A stretch of 64,000 nucleotides of DNA from Candidatus Campbellbacteria bacterium (GTDB lineage: Bacteria; Patescibacteriota; Minisyncoccia; Phycocordibacterales; EsbW-18). The stretch covers positions 269,668 through 333,667 of the forward strand of contig CP064977.1 of the NCBI GenBank assembly GCA_016699465.1, in the 5' to 3' direction. This document shows positions 37,977 to 48,474 of the stretch, in pieces. A model generated the notes under the pieces. The model had not been told where the DNA came from, ran no database searches, and saw only the letters and a program-made list of their open reading frames with translations. The translations under genes and the position numbers were made by a program. Each line of letters opens with the position of its first letter. The stretch's first letter is position 1.

Positions 37977-38894
37977 TTAAAAAGCTGAAGCTGGCAATAT
38001 TCTCGCAAGTGATTCTATTTTACCAGTAAATACAAGTGTCGGAAGACCAAAAAAACAATTTCGTTTTATATCTATTGCTGCACCACCAGAGTTTCCACGT
38101 TCTATTTTTGCTGAAGTGGTGAAGTAGTTTTCATCAAATCCTGAAATAATACCCTCAGTTGCAGTTATCGTTTCTTTTGCCCCAATGGCAGGATACCCAA
38201 GAATAAGAACGGCGTCACCAATACGTGGTTTATCAGCACATATCTGAGAAGGTTTCATAGACACGGTATTTTCAGCGATATATCCATATCCAAAATCAAC
38301 ATCTCTTGAGATCACTACATTTGAATCATCAATGACAACATGCGCATCACTACCAGAGGCTGACAATGTGCACCGTATCAACCGAGCGCCATCCATACTA
38401 AGAACATGCCCGCTCGTAATAAACCGTGTACCTAATGATGTACTTTCCAATAATGCCGATCCTTTGGAAGTTTCTATATCACCACTATCTGTTTTTCGGA
38501 ACAAACACTCCGCACGATATACCACTGGACTCCATTGTGTTACCAAACTACTCACGTCAGTTGTTGTAACAATTTTTTCAATCTGTGTTTCTTGCGCATC
38601 CAAGTGGCCGGAAAGTGCGCCTAGTTTTTCTTTCAACAGAGCACTTTCTTTTATTTGGTCTTCGTCACGCAATGCACTAGACGTCTTCAGTGCCTCTGTG
38701 TCACCAGTAATATCCGACAAATGTTGCTCTAATACAGAAATACGCGCGCGAGTCTGTGCAACCTCTTCTTCAACATGGATACATGAGGTACGAATCTCAC
38801 GCATGGCCACAAAAAATCCTACAATCAAAACCAGCAAAATACTTACTACAACACCAATCTGTACACCATGTTTTTTTATACTATACAATTTCAT
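37977..38894 (-). CDS. Trypsin-like serine protease (S1 family) with N-terminal TM and coiled coil
   Basis: GNSGGA catalytic-serine motif. I chose the ATG at 38894 (MKLYSIKK) to avoid overlap with the upstream gene. Confidence 0.7.
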   Translation of the reverse strand: MKLYSIKKHGVQIGVVVSILLVLIVGFFVAMREIRTSCIHVEEEVAQTRARISVLEQHLSDITGDTEALKTSSALRDEDQIKESALLKEKLGALSGHLDAQETQIEKIVTTTDVSSLVTQWSPVVYRAECLFRKTDSGDIETSKGSALLESTSLGTRFITSGHVLSMDGARLIRCTLSASGSDAHVVIDDSNVVISRDVDFGYGYIAENTVSMKPSQICADKPRIGDAVLILGYPAIGAKETITATEGIISGFDENYFTTSAKIERGNSGGAAIDIKRNCFFGLPTLVFTGKIESLARILPASAF

Positions 38895-38904
38895 ATATAA
38901 AAAA

Positions 38905-39336
38905 CTACTTAAATACAACAGGGATCTCAAGTGCCATATCATTTTCAGATAACCCCGAAGGATTATCTTTTTTCAAAATCAGAGTACCATTTTTATCATA
39001 CGCCGGTTTTGAAAACTCTATTGTACCTGTGAATGGCACGAACTCCTCTGTCATCCATTCACTCGTAGTGGCAAATCCCTCAGCAATTATTTTTCCATCC
39101 CAATCAACAAGAAGAACTGGAAATGAGCCTTCAAAAAACCATGTTCCCCGGGCACGACCAGAAATAGTGAGTGGCGATGCGATTTCAGTATGTATACGAG
39201 GAGATACTACGTATATCATATCTGGGATACTCGCACCAAGCGGATTTTCTATACTCTGATTGAATATATACCATCCGGCAAAAAACGAGAAAAAAAGGAA
39301 GCTGCCAACAAGAATACTTTTTTTCATACTATACAA
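38905..39336 (-). CDS. Gmad2 immunoglobulin-like domain protein
   Basis: SPRIHTEIASPLTISGRARGTWFFEGSFPVLLVDWDGKIIAEGFA resembles the Gmad2 fold signature. Signal/TM segment at the N-terminus. Confidence 0.55.
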   Translation of the reverse strand: MYSMKKSILVGSFLFFSFFAGWYIFNQSIENPLGASIPDMIYVVSPRIHTEIASPLTISGRARGTWFFEGSFPVLLVDWDGKIIAEGFATTSEWMTEEFVPFTGTIEFSKPAYDKNGTLILKKDNPSGLSENDMALEIPVVFK

Positions 39337-39879
39337 TTAAAAAAATAATGCGCGTACAGAATATCCAATAGTTGCAATTCCAATGCTGTGCATGACAAAC
39401 AAAATAAGAAAAAGTTTTATTGGCGATACCTTGTTAATACCAATTAAAATAAGACCTAACTCATCAGGAAGCGGCGAAGAAATACATACTGCACCAAAAA
39501 AAAGTGATGTACGATGGAACAATTTTGTTTTCACTATTTTCTTAAAACCCCCGAAACGAGGCTGCCGTAATAAATTTTTTGTTTCCTCATCAAGGCTCTT
39601 GTGAATAACACGCAAAATAACACAATCACCAAGCGCCGCACCGAGTCCACCAATAAGTGCAACCTGCCAAACCGGCGTCACCCGCATAATCTCTCCCAAC
39701 ACGGCAATTGATGGAACTGCGGTAAAAAATGACGTGAAGAAAAAACCAGCAACAAAACTTCCTAAAAGTTGAAAATCACGAAGGTGTACCAAAAGAGTAC
39801 CCACAACATCTGTTTGTACAATATACACAGCAACACAAACACTCACGACAATTCCAATAATTTTTAATACAATACGCAT
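39337..39879 (-). CDS. Hypothetical polytopic membrane protein
   Basis: Five to six hydrophobic segments, 180 aa. Confidence 0.5.
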   Translation of the reverse strand: MRIVLKIIGIVVSVCVAVYIVQTDVVGTLLVHLRDFQLLGSFVAGFFFTSFFTAVPSIAVLGEIMRVTPVWQVALIGGLGAALGDCVILRVIHKSLDEETKNLLRQPRFGGFKKIVKTKLFHRTSLFFGAVCISSPLPDELGLILIGINKVSPIKLFLILFVMHSIGIATIGYSVRALFF

Positions 39880-39881
39880 GA

Positions 39882-41303
39882 CTATTTTCTTACAAAAAGA
39901 TTTTCGGGTTTTTTATTTGCTCTTACCGCCTCTTTAATGAGGTTTGATGTTGTCGGCATCAACGGATTGAGCATACGACCAATGCGGTATACTCGTACGG
40001 CAAGTTCCGCAATAAGTGCCCTCCCTTTTTCTGGATCTGTTTTAATTATCTTAAATGGCTGTGTTTCTTGGATTGACACGTCACACTCAGTAATCTCAGC
40101 CCACACCATATCGCACGCGTCATTAAATCGATAGGTATCAAGTAATTCAAAATACGCACTAAAATCTTCCCATTCAGGAACCTGCACAGGAGCATCAAGA
40201 TACTCTTCCGCCATTTTCATAACACGAGACACAAGATTTCCTAAGCCATTAGAGAGTCCTGCATTGTAGCTTTCAACAAAACGCTCCCGGGTAAAATCAG
40301 AATCTTCAAACGGGTGAATGTGGCGTAAAAAGAAATACCGAACAGCGTCTGTACCAAATTCGTCAACAAACGCAATTGGGTCTATTACATTTCCGAGTGA
40401 TTTGCTTATTTTTTGTCCTCCACTTGTTATAAATCCGTGATACACAACAAGGTCGGTGGGCTTAATGTGTGCCGACATAAGCATTGCCTGCCACATGAGC
40501 GACTGAAAACGAACTTGATCCTTCCCCGCCATTTGAACCGTTGTTCCATCAATCCAAAACTTCTGGAAAGTGCCATCCGAATCTTCTGGCCATCCTAATG
40601 TTGAAATATAGTTAGTAAGAGCGTCAAACCATACATACATCACGTGTTCATCATCACCAGGAACTGGGACTCCCCACGACATCCGCTCTTTTCGTCGTGA
40701 TATTGAAAAATCCTCAAGCCCCTCTCCAATCAACCGCTCTGCTTCTATCCGACGAACTGCAGGCACAATAGAATTTTTTGTAAGATACTCTCGAAGTGCG
40801 TCAGTATATTTTGAAAAACGAAAAAAATAATTTTCTTCGGATACACGTTCTGGTACTAAATTTGGGTGCAACGGACAACGCCCATCCACGAGATCTCGAT
40901 CATTGAGATACCTCTCACACCCGACACAGTACAGTCCTTCAAAATTTTTTTTATAGATATCACCCCCCACCTCACAGCGACGCCATAATTCTTGAGCCGC
41001 AGATATATGGTGCGGATTGGTTGTTCGTACGAACGCATCAAACGAGAGGTTTAATTTTTCTTTTAGACTTTCAAAACGTTTCGCATAAAAATCAACATAC
41101 GCCTGAACCTCTTTTCCCTCCTCTTTTGCTTTAGTAAATATTTTCTGCCCGTGCTCATCTGTTCCTGTATTAAAAAACACCTCATCGCCTTGTAACCGTC
41201 GTGATCGCGCATATGTATCTGCTTGAACAAACTCGAGAGCGTGCCCTACATGAGGATTGTCATTAACATACGGGAGTGTTGTGGTAATGTATGTTTTTTT
41301 CAT
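39882..41303 (-). CDS. metG: Methionyl-tRNA synthetase (minimal form)
   Basis: HVGH (HIGH-like), GTDEHGQKI, KISKS (KMSKS), zinc knuckle CVGCERYL, 473 aa. Confidence 0.9.
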   Translation of the reverse strand: MKKTYITTTLPYVNDNPHVGHALEFVQADTYARSRRLQGDEVFFNTGTDEHGQKIFTKAKEEGKEVQAYVDFYAKRFESLKEKLNLSFDAFVRTTNPHHISAAQELWRRCEVGGDIYKKNFEGLYCVGCERYLNDRDLVDGRCPLHPNLVPERVSEENYFFRFSKYTDALREYLTKNSIVPAVRRIEAERLIGEGLEDFSISRRKERMSWGVPVPGDDEHVMYVWFDALTNYISTLGWPEDSDGTFQKFWIDGTTVQMAGKDQVRFQSLMWQAMLMSAHIKPTDLVVYHGFITSGGQKISKSLGNVIDPIAFVDEFGTDAVRYFFLRHIHPFEDSDFTRERFVESYNAGLSNGLGNLVSRVMKMAEEYLDAPVQVPEWEDFSAYFELLDTYRFNDACDMVWAEITECDVSIQETQPFKIIKTDPEKGRALIAELAVRVYRIGRMLNPLMPTTSNLIKEAVRANKKPENLFVRK

Positions 41304-41429
41304 ACTGTGTCAGTATAGCAAAATAAGGTCTTTTTAGCATATACACCACGCCATCTTGACTAGAGAACTGAATCAACACATGATGGAAATAGATGATCTG
41401 CCAACAGCTACCCACATGGAGGAATACAA

Positions 41430-41665
41430 TGAGATATTACTTTCGTTGTGCCACGTGTCCGGGGTGTGAGGTGACCAAAGAAGCATTTGACGGAGTACTT
41501 TTTGCAGTATATGCACACGAACCAGATGTGTGTGCACGACACCGTAACGAGCTACAGGTTGCGGAAAATGCTGTAGTAGATTTTTCAAGTACCTGCCCCA
41601 TGTGTTCACGCAACGGAGGCCAGTCAGTGGTTACCATCACCATACAGCCGAAGCAGCTAAACTAA
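41430..41665 (+). CDS. Hypothetical Cys-rich small protein (CxxCxxC...CxxC zinc-ribbon-like)
   Basis: GGAGGAA SD 6 nt upstream of the ATG (MRYYFRCATCPGCE...CPMC). Followed by a terminator. Confidence 0.4.
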
Positions 41666-41669
41666 AACA

Positions 41670-41715
41670 CGCGACGTACGGGAATATTCCGCACATCGCG
41701 TGTTTTTCATTTTTT
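41670..41715. terminator. Long-loop hairpin AACACGCGACGT...ATCGCGTGTT then TTTTCATTTTTT
   Basis: 10-bp stem with one mismatch and a T-run. Sits between convergent genes. Confidence 0.55.
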
Positions 41716-41722
41716 AAAATAC

Positions 41723-42127
41723 TTATGCCTCAGTTGTTACACCATCAAACTCTGGACCATCGGCAATAGCCTCTGCTTTTGTGTGACGTTCAACTCCATC
41801 CTTATGATGTGCTGGTGCGTAGATAGTATACAGCTTGAGCATATCCGTTGTTGATACGTTAACAACATTGTGTGTTGCTCCTGCCGGAACAATAACCGCA
41901 TCTCCATCAGAAACACTGTACTCGGTTTCATTGATCACAACCTTTCCTTCACCTTTTTCAAAGCGAAAAAATTGATCATTTTCTTCATGCACCTCAGAAC
42001 CTATTTCCTCCCCTGGAAGAAGTGACATAAGCACCAATTGACAGTGCTGTGCAGTGTAGAGCACTTTTCGAAAATTTTCATTTTCTAATGTGAGCTTCTC
42101 GATATTGTCTTTGTATCCTTTTTTCAT
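41723..42127 (-). CDS. Cupin-domain protein
   Basis: Cupin motifs (GEEIGSEVHEENDQFF...GDAVIVPAGATHNV). Confidence 0.7.
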   Translation of the reverse strand: MKKGYKDNIEKLTLENENFRKVLYTAQHCQLVLMSLLPGEEIGSEVHEENDQFFRFEKGEGKVVINETEYSVSDGDAVIVPAGATHNVVNVSTTDMLKLYTIYAPAHHKDGVERHTKAEAIADGPEFDGVTTEA

Positions 42128-42132
42128 ATGTA

Positions 42133-42528
42133 TTATTTATTTAAATACGTAACAGTAAATTGTAATGTTGTAGCAAAGCAAACCCATACAAGATACGGGA
42201 TTTGTGCGTACGTAACCCATCGCATGTGTGGATATATAACCACCATCGCCCAAACAAGAGTGCCCAGAACAAAAAGGACATCAACACCTGCAAGAAGGTT
42301 ATTTCGTAATCCAAACTGTATTGGGGTAAACGCAAGATTAAAAACTATATTGAGGAGAAATGGAAGAAGTACAAAAAATGAAATACGTCCTTTTGTAAAA
42401 AGATAGACCACATATCCAAATGAGAGTGCAATACCAATATACAGTACGCTCCACACAGGACCGAAAAGCCACGATGGCGGTGCCCATGTTGGCTTAATAA
42501 GTTCCTGATACCACGTATATGTTGGCAT
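42133..42528 (-). CDS. TspO/MBR-family tryptophan-rich membrane protein (short)
   Basis: KPTWAPPSWLFGPVWSVLY signature, 131 aa. Confidence 0.65.
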   Translation of the reverse strand: MPTYTWYQELIKPTWAPPSWLFGPVWSVLYIGIALSFGYVVYLFTKGRISFFVLLPFLLNIVFNLAFTPIQFGLRNNLLAGVDVLFVLGTLVWAMVVIYPHMRWVTYAQIPYLVWVCFATTLQFTVTYLNK

Positions 42529-42545
42529 ACAAAATTAACGCACAA

Positions 42546-42926
42546 TTATTCTCCACCGAGTGCTTCCTTTACCCTCTTCACTAATTCTTCAATTTTTATG
42601 TTTGATTTAATAATGTATTCAAACACCTCTTGATCCATCGCCTTCGCAACACTATCAGTATCACTTAAGTTCGTTAGGATAATAACATGTGCACCAGCAC
42701 CCCACGTATCTGCGCGCAGTTTCTGTAGCATCATTACACCATCCATAAGTGGCATGACAACATCAAGGAGAATTAGGTCTGGATGTTCTTGTAGTGCTAC
42801 CTGCAATCCCTCTACACCATTTTTTGCAGGAAGTGTGTGAAATCCTTCACCTGCAAGTTTGTCACACAAAGCATTTCGCAACGGTGTTTCGTCTTCTACA
42901 ACTAGGATGGTCTTTTTTGTTTCCAT
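42546..42926 (-). CDS. Single-domain response regulator (CheY-like receiver)
   Basis: Motifs ILVVEDE and LILLDVVMP. Confidence 0.85.
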   Translation of the reverse strand: METKKTILVVEDETPLRNALCDKLAGEGFHTLPAKNGVEGLQVALQEHPDLILLDVVMPLMDGVMMLQKLRADTWGAGAHVIILTNLSDTDSVAKAMDQEVFEYIIKSNIKIEELVKRVKEALGGE

Positions 42927-43015
42927 ATTGGTTTACTAACGGGATTTATTGTACACAGCAACAAACCCATTGTCTAATGTCTCTATGCACTGCGCTGCTA
43001 GGGCCCTTTTATGGA

Positions 43016-45424
43016 CTAATCCAACTTCTTTGACCCCTCTTTCTTTTTCATTCCATCTACAGATAATGCCACGTAAAACGTTGAACCTTTTTTCTCCTCT
43101 GAGATAAACCACACCTTCCCTCCTGATTCATCAATGATGGATTTGACCATATACAACCCGAGACCTGTTCCTTCAGTTTCAGATTCTCGTGCGTTAGTGG
43201 CACGGAAAAGTTTAGAGAAAATCTTATCCTGTTCACCGACAGGAATACCAATACCCGAATCAGTTACAGACACCACCAAACTATCCTCATCAAGAAACCT
43301 TTCCCCAAGTGCATCTCCTTTAGAGTGTGTGTCCACAACAATCGTAACTGTTCCTTTTGTGGACGTATACTTCACAGCATTTGATAACAGATTTTGAATA
43401 ACCATTCTAAATAATTTTTGATCTGCCAAAAAAGGATTTGGAAGAGTGCCAAATGATGTTGAAACACTTAATTTTCGCTTCTTAATTTCAAAGCGCAATT
43501 CTCCTAACACACTTTGTATTAATCCAGCTACGTCTGTCGATGTTGGTTCAATAATAAATGTTCCCAAATCAAGACGAGATACATTAAGAAGCGCATTCAC
43601 CAAATCAACCATGCGCTGATTACCTCGATACACCTCTTCCAAAAACTTTTTCTGTTCTTTTGTAATTTTTCCAGCATCACCTGAAAGCAACATCTCTGTG
43701 TACCAATTTATCGCCGAGAGTGGTGTACGAAGCTGATGAGAAGCCAGTGAAACGAATTCGGTTTTTGCTTTATCAATTTCCTTTTCTTTTGTTATATCAC
43801 GCTCGAGGGCAACAAAATATACTATGTCACCTTGCTTGTTAAAAATTGGAGATATACTAATAACAGCTGTATATATTTCTCCGTTCTTTCTTTTATTTTC
43901 TATCTCGCCAATAAATGTCTTCTTCTGGACCTTAATCGTATTCCACAAATGTGCATAATACTCAGGTGGCATTGGTTTTTTCCACAATGTTCCAGCCTTT
44001 TTACCAATAGCTTCTTCTGGCGTATATCCTGTAATCTTCTCTAAAATCTTGTTACCATACACAACGGTACCTTCTGCGTCAGCAATAACAATTTGGTCTG
44101 ATGCATTCTCTACTGCTTGTTTGAATTTTTCTAAATCATTTGCAAGAGCTTCAGATTGCCTCTTCTCTTTCTCAACATCCTCAAGAATATTAAGAATTGC
44201 CACTTTTTGATCATTTAAATCTTTTGCCTTTTTTCTTATTTCTTGTGTCTGTTCTTCAACCCTCGCACCCAAGTTTTCATATAAGTCCTTTAAATTCTTT
44301 GACATACCATTCAATGTTTTTGCAACATCCATAAGTTCATCATCTGTTTTCAAATCTATTGTTTTTGAAAAATCACCAGAAGAAATACCCTCGGCAAATT
44401 CTTTGAACCTCTTTAACGGAGAGAGTGCTGTAGAAAGTAACCAATAATTTATAGCCGTAGAAAGAACTATTCCAAACAACATAAACCCCAAGAGAATTGC
44501 CAGAATATGCAACACAGTATTATTCACAATACCTAATCTTATTTCAGTAACGAGATAAAAAGGTGAGTCCTCAATCTTATCAACATGAATAATCTCAGTG
44601 TCATTATCTTCTACATCAACCACCCTCATGATTAATGTCGAAGTTCCTGTTCGTAGAGCTTTTTGTACCTCACCATACTGAAGAGGTACGATTTCCGTGT
44701 TAAGAAACTTTTTTGATACTTGTAATTCTCTTTTTTCTTCAATAGTCAGAGTTCCCAAACTCTTCAAAAAACGCTCGGGTCTATTTGAGGCAATAACTAC
44801 ACCATACTTATCAACAAGCATGACCGTATTTATTCGTCCGATTTCACTCTCAACAATAGCGGAGTTAATTTCATCACCGGTGATCTTTACAACAAAAATA
44901 CCGAGCACCTTTCCCTTTTCATCAAAAACAGGATGTGAGAAAAAATATCCAAATCTATTTGTCATTTTTCCAAGGAGAAGATCAACGGAGGGTCTTCCTG
45001 CCATACCTTCCGTATAATACACACGGAAACTATAATCTTGTCCAACAAAACTCGGATCAGTTGAAAGGAGCGCTATCCCTTTTGTATTAAGCAAATAAAG
45101 CGACAAATACTTAGGGTCTGTAGATGCGTAGTCGGAAAATATCTTTAATACTGCCAACCTCTTTTTTTCATCAGGATTTTGTAAGTATTCTTTTACATAC
45201 TCCTGGGTGGCAATTGTTTTTACAAAAACTTCATTTTTATCCAATATTTGTCGACTCTCATGAACCTGTTCAGTAATAAGTTTATCGGTTTCTTTCAATT
45301 TTTCATTAACAAGCGTGTTTCCGAGATAAAAATAGACCCCAGCCGCTGTTAATATTGATAAAATAACCGCCGATACAAAAATCGAAAAGATAATCTTTGT
45401 TTTTAATTTCAATTTTTTAAACAT
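43016..45424 (-). CDS. Sensor histidine kinase (TM, Cache-like extracytoplasmic sensor, HAMP, PAS, HisKA, HATPase_c)
   Basis: H-box SHQLRTPL, PAS region, G-boxes GTGLGL, 802 aa. Confidence 0.85.
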   Translation of the reverse strand: MFKKLKLKTKIIFSIFVSAVILSILTAAGVYFYLGNTLVNEKLKETDKLITEQVHESRQILDKNEVFVKTIATQEYVKEYLQNPDEKKRLAVLKIFSDYASTDPKYLSLYLLNTKGIALLSTDPSFVGQDYSFRVYYTEGMAGRPSVDLLLGKMTNRFGYFFSHPVFDEKGKVLGIFVVKITGDEINSAIVESEIGRINTVMLVDKYGVVIASNRPERFLKSLGTLTIEEKRELQVSKKFLNTEIVPLQYGEVQKALRTGTSTLIMRVVDVEDNDTEIIHVDKIEDSPFYLVTEIRLGIVNNTVLHILAILLGFMLFGIVLSTAINYWLLSTALSPLKRFKEFAEGISSGDFSKTIDLKTDDELMDVAKTLNGMSKNLKDLYENLGARVEEQTQEIRKKAKDLNDQKVAILNILEDVEKEKRQSEALANDLEKFKQAVENASDQIVIADAEGTVVYGNKILEKITGYTPEEAIGKKAGTLWKKPMPPEYYAHLWNTIKVQKKTFIGEIENKRKNGEIYTAVISISPIFNKQGDIVYFVALERDITKEKEIDKAKTEFVSLASHQLRTPLSAINWYTEMLLSGDAGKITKEQKKFLEEVYRGNQRMVDLVNALLNVSRLDLGTFIIEPTSTDVAGLIQSVLGELRFEIKKRKLSVSTSFGTLPNPFLADQKLFRMVIQNLLSNAVKYTSTKGTVTIVVDTHSKGDALGERFLDEDSLVVSVTDSGIGIPVGEQDKIFSKLFRATNARESETEGTGLGLYMVKSIIDESGGKVWFISEEKKGSTFYVALSVDGMKKKEGSKKLD

Positions 45425-45621
45425 GATGACACAGAATACTGAGAAGCTTTAGTAAGTGTACCATACCTGACGGCGCGTTCTACAATTTATATACGTAATT
45501 ATTTTTATTTTAATTTTTCAAGTGTTATAAAAATAATTATTCTGCTTCTTGCCACGAAGAAATCGTGAGCGGATTAAATGCACTCGTGGTTATGGTGAGT
45601 TTGCGAGTAATGTCACCGACA

Positions 45622-45993
45622 TTACCCCACCATCTTTTTTATAGTTTCAACAATAGTCACAATCGGCGTATCTGCTTTAACAAAAAATCCATTGGCACCA
45701 AGTTCACGCGCACGTTGTTCATCTTGTGGTTGACTGAGATTTGTCAACACAATAATTGGAGTTTGTATTTTTTTTTCTTTTATGACACTCAGAACTTGAA
45801 ACCCGTCCATCTTGGGCATAACCAAATCACACACAATAAGTGCGAACCCACCTCTTTCTAAATCACCCACCGCGTCTTCCCCATTAGCTGCGCAATGCAC
45901 ATCAAAACCATACTTAGTTAGTTTAAGTTCAAGCGCATGAGCCAGTGGCTTTTCGTCCTCAATAATAAGAATTTTTTTCTTTGGATTAACCAT
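45622..45993 (-). CDS. Single-domain response regulator (receiver)
   Basis: Motifs ILIIEDEK and LIVCDLVMPKMDG. Confidence 0.85.
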   Translation of the reverse strand: MVNPKKKILIIEDEKPLAHALELKLTKYGFDVHCAANGEDAVGDLERGGFALIVCDLVMPKMDGFQVLSVIKEKKIQTPIIVLTNLSQPQDEQRARELGANGFFVKADTPIVTIVETIKKMVG

Positions 45994-46026
45994 ATCCGAA
46001 TTCCTTTAAAGGATATCACGGCATTA

Positions 46027-46749
46027 CTACAATCCTGCTAAACGAATCACTCCATACATAATTCCAATACCCAGAACCGTTGCAAATGTTGTCCATTTTA
46101 CGGGATGCGCGTGGTGACTTTCTGGAAGCAGGTCACTTGCGCCAATGTATAAAAAGAATCCAGAAAAAAGAGCGAGAAAAAGCGCAAGTGTTGTATCCTG
46201 CACCGAGAAAAAAAGTGTCGAGAGCACACCGAGAACGGGAGCACACGCATCAACGAATAACCATCGCAATGCCTGTTTTTTGTCTCCTCCATTTTTTAAA
46301 ATAAAACCAACAGTATTTATTCCGTCTGAAAAATCGTGTGTTAAGACAGCTGCCGCAACAATCGCACCAACCACAGGTGATACTTGAAATGCCAAACCAA
46401 TACCAACACCATCAAGAAAACTATGCAATGATAAACTTCCCGCTCCGACCTTTCCCCGCCCCTCATGTGCACAATGCTCGTCATGTCCGTGCACCAAAAA
46501 TAATCTATCAAGTAATAAATACAGAACAAAACCAACTGCCATAACCGTTGTCATAAAAGAAGCCGAATACACTGCGCTTCCCAGTTCAATTGATTCTGGT
46601 ATTAAATCAAAAAAAACAATACCAATAACCGCACCCGCACTAAATCCTAAAATAAGGTGGAGACGATCTTTAAGACGGAGTGCAAAGAGCCCGCCAAGCA
46701 GTGTTGCTAAAAATGTTGCAATGGTAATTATGATAATCATACGTTCCAC
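46027..46749 (-). CDS. zupT: ZIP-family metal transporter
   Basis: HSFLDGVGIG and HDFSDG motifs, 8 TM segments. Confidence 0.8.
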   Translation of the reverse strand: MERMIIIITIATFLATLLGGLFALRLKDRLHLILGFSAGAVIGIVFFDLIPESIELGSAVYSASFMTTVMAVGFVLYLLLDRLFLVHGHDEHCAHEGRGKVGAGSLSLHSFLDGVGIGLAFQVSPVVGAIVAAAVLTHDFSDGINTVGFILKNGGDKKQALRWLFVDACAPVLGVLSTLFFSVQDTTLALFLALFSGFFLYIGASDLLPESHHAHPVKWTTFATVLGIGIMYGVIRLAGL

Positions 46750-46761
46750 ACGTGTACAAAA

Positions 46762-47142
46762 TTAAAAGAGGTACTGACCAAAAATAAGTATACCAACTAC
46801 AAGTGCCGTACACGCAGACAAAAGAACTGCACCTGCAGCAACATCTTTTGTATCTCGAGCATACGGATGATGTTCTGGCGACGTCAAATCCATATCAATT
46901 TCAATTGCTGTATTAAATGCTTCAGACACAAGCACAAATCCTCCCGCAAAAACGAGAAGAATCCACTCAATACGACTAATTCCGCAGTACACACCCAAAC
47001 AAATCGCTAGCACGAATAGTGCGACATGAATCCAGGCGTTATGTGTTGTTTTTAGGAAAAACCAGACCCCTCTTCCTGCGTGCGTAAAACTCTTTGCTCT
47101 TTTAATAATCGAAAACTCCTTTTTTTCTGAATAGTGTTCCAT
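46762..47142 (-). CDS. dgkA: Diacylglycerol/undecaprenol kinase (DgkA family)
   Basis: 126 aa, 3 TM segments, SEAFNTAIE motif. Confidence 0.8.
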   Translation of the reverse strand: MEHYSEKKEFSIIKRAKSFTHAGRGVWFFLKTTHNAWIHVALFVLAICLGVYCGISRIEWILLVFAGGFVLVSEAFNTAIEIDMDLTSPEHHPYARDTKDVAAGAVLLSACTALVVGILIFGQYLF

Positions 47143-47186
47143 AAAATAAGTATACCCTAATCAGCTTTTTCTGGTAGGATTGCTGT

Positions 47187-48449
47187 ATGAACAACAAAAC
47201 TCTATGGGATGTCATTGTAGTCGGTGGAGGGCCGTCGGGTATGATGGCAGCCGGTACTGCAGCGCAAAACGGTGCCAAGGTCCTTCTTATTGAAAAAAAC
47301 GGGAAGCTCGGCGAAAAACTTCTCATTACTGGCGGTGGGCGCTGTAACGTCACCAACTCTGAATTTGATACTCGCAAACTCCTCGCAAAATTTAAAAGTG
47401 ATGGAAAATTTCTTTTTTCTGCTTTTGCACAACACGGTGTGCAAGAAACACTCAATTTTTTTCACTCTCGAGGTATGCAAACAAAGGTGGAAAATGAATT
47501 ACGTACCTTCCCTGTTTCAAACTCTGCGCAATCTGTGTGGGATGTTCTTGTAAAAAATATACAAAAATACAACGTAGAGATACTCTCTAATTCACCCGTT
47601 GCTGATATTGTCTGTGAGAATAAACAGATTGTAGGTGTACAACTAAAAAGTAAAAAAATACTCCACGGAAAATCTATTATTATTGCGACAGGTGGAACCT
47701 CCCGACCAGAAACAGGTTCTACGGGTGATGCCTACGCATGGCTGAAAAAAATTGGACACACAGTGGTAGTGCCTACCCCATCACTCGTACCCGTCGCACT
47801 CAAAGATGCGTGGATAAAAAAACTTGCAGGAGTGGCGTTGTCTGACATTAAACTAACGATTTTTCAGAACGAAAAAAAACACAGTGTCGCAAAAGGTAAA
47901 ATACTCTTTACTCATGTTGGTGTTAGTGGTCCGACAATTCTTAATATGAGTAAAGATATTGGTGAACTACTAAAATATGGAGATGGTGAAGTCATCCTCG
48001 CCCTTGATCTCCTTCCCACACATGATTATGGAAAATTAAATTCTGCACTTCAAACACTTTTCAAAGAACACGACAAGAAAAAATTCCACAACGCTCTTTC
48101 AAATCTTATTCCAAAAGCACTTGTTCCTATTGTTATCGGACTTTCAGAAATCAACGGAGAAACACACTGCAACAGCATCACACGAGAACAACGTCTCAAA
48201 CTTGTGAACGTACTCAAACACATCCCTATGCACGTTAAAAAATTATTGGGAAGCGACAAAGCAATTATCACAAGTGGAGGAGTTGTGCTTTCTGAGGTAG
48301 ATTTCAAAACCATGCAGTCTCGCCTCTTTCCAAATCTCTACATCATTGGTGACATGCTCAACATCGATAGACCCTCAGGTGGATACAGTTTACAACTCTG
48401 TTGGACGACTGGATTCGTTGCAGGAACCTCAGCATCCAAACGGGCGTAA
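47187..48449 (+). CDS. HI0933-like FAD-dependent flavoprotein (BaiN/YhiN family)
   Basis: VIVVGGGPSGMMAAG...ITGGGRCNVTN. Confidence 0.8.
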   Translation: MNNKTLWDVIVVGGGPSGMMAAGTAAQNGAKVLLIEKNGKLGEKLLITGGGRCNVTNSEFDTRKLLAKFKSDGKFLFSAFAQHGVQETLNFFHSRGMQTKVENELRTFPVSNSAQSVWDVLVKNIQKYNVEILSNSPVADIVCENKQIVGVQLKSKKILHGKSIIIATGGTSRPETGSTGDAYAWLKKIGHTVVVPTPSLVPVALKDAWIKKLAGVALSDIKLTIFQNEKKHSVAKGKILFTHVGVSGPTILNMSKDIGELLKYGDGEVILALDLLPTHDYGKLNSALQTLFKEHDKKKFHNALSNLIPKALVPIVIGLSEINGETHCNSITREQRLKLVNVLKHIPMHVKKLLGSDKAIITSGGVVLSEVDFKTMQSRLFPNLYIIGDMLNIDRPSGGYSLQLCWTTGFVAGTSASKRA

Positions 48450-48474
48450 AGATGCTATACTGCGCCTACTCTAT

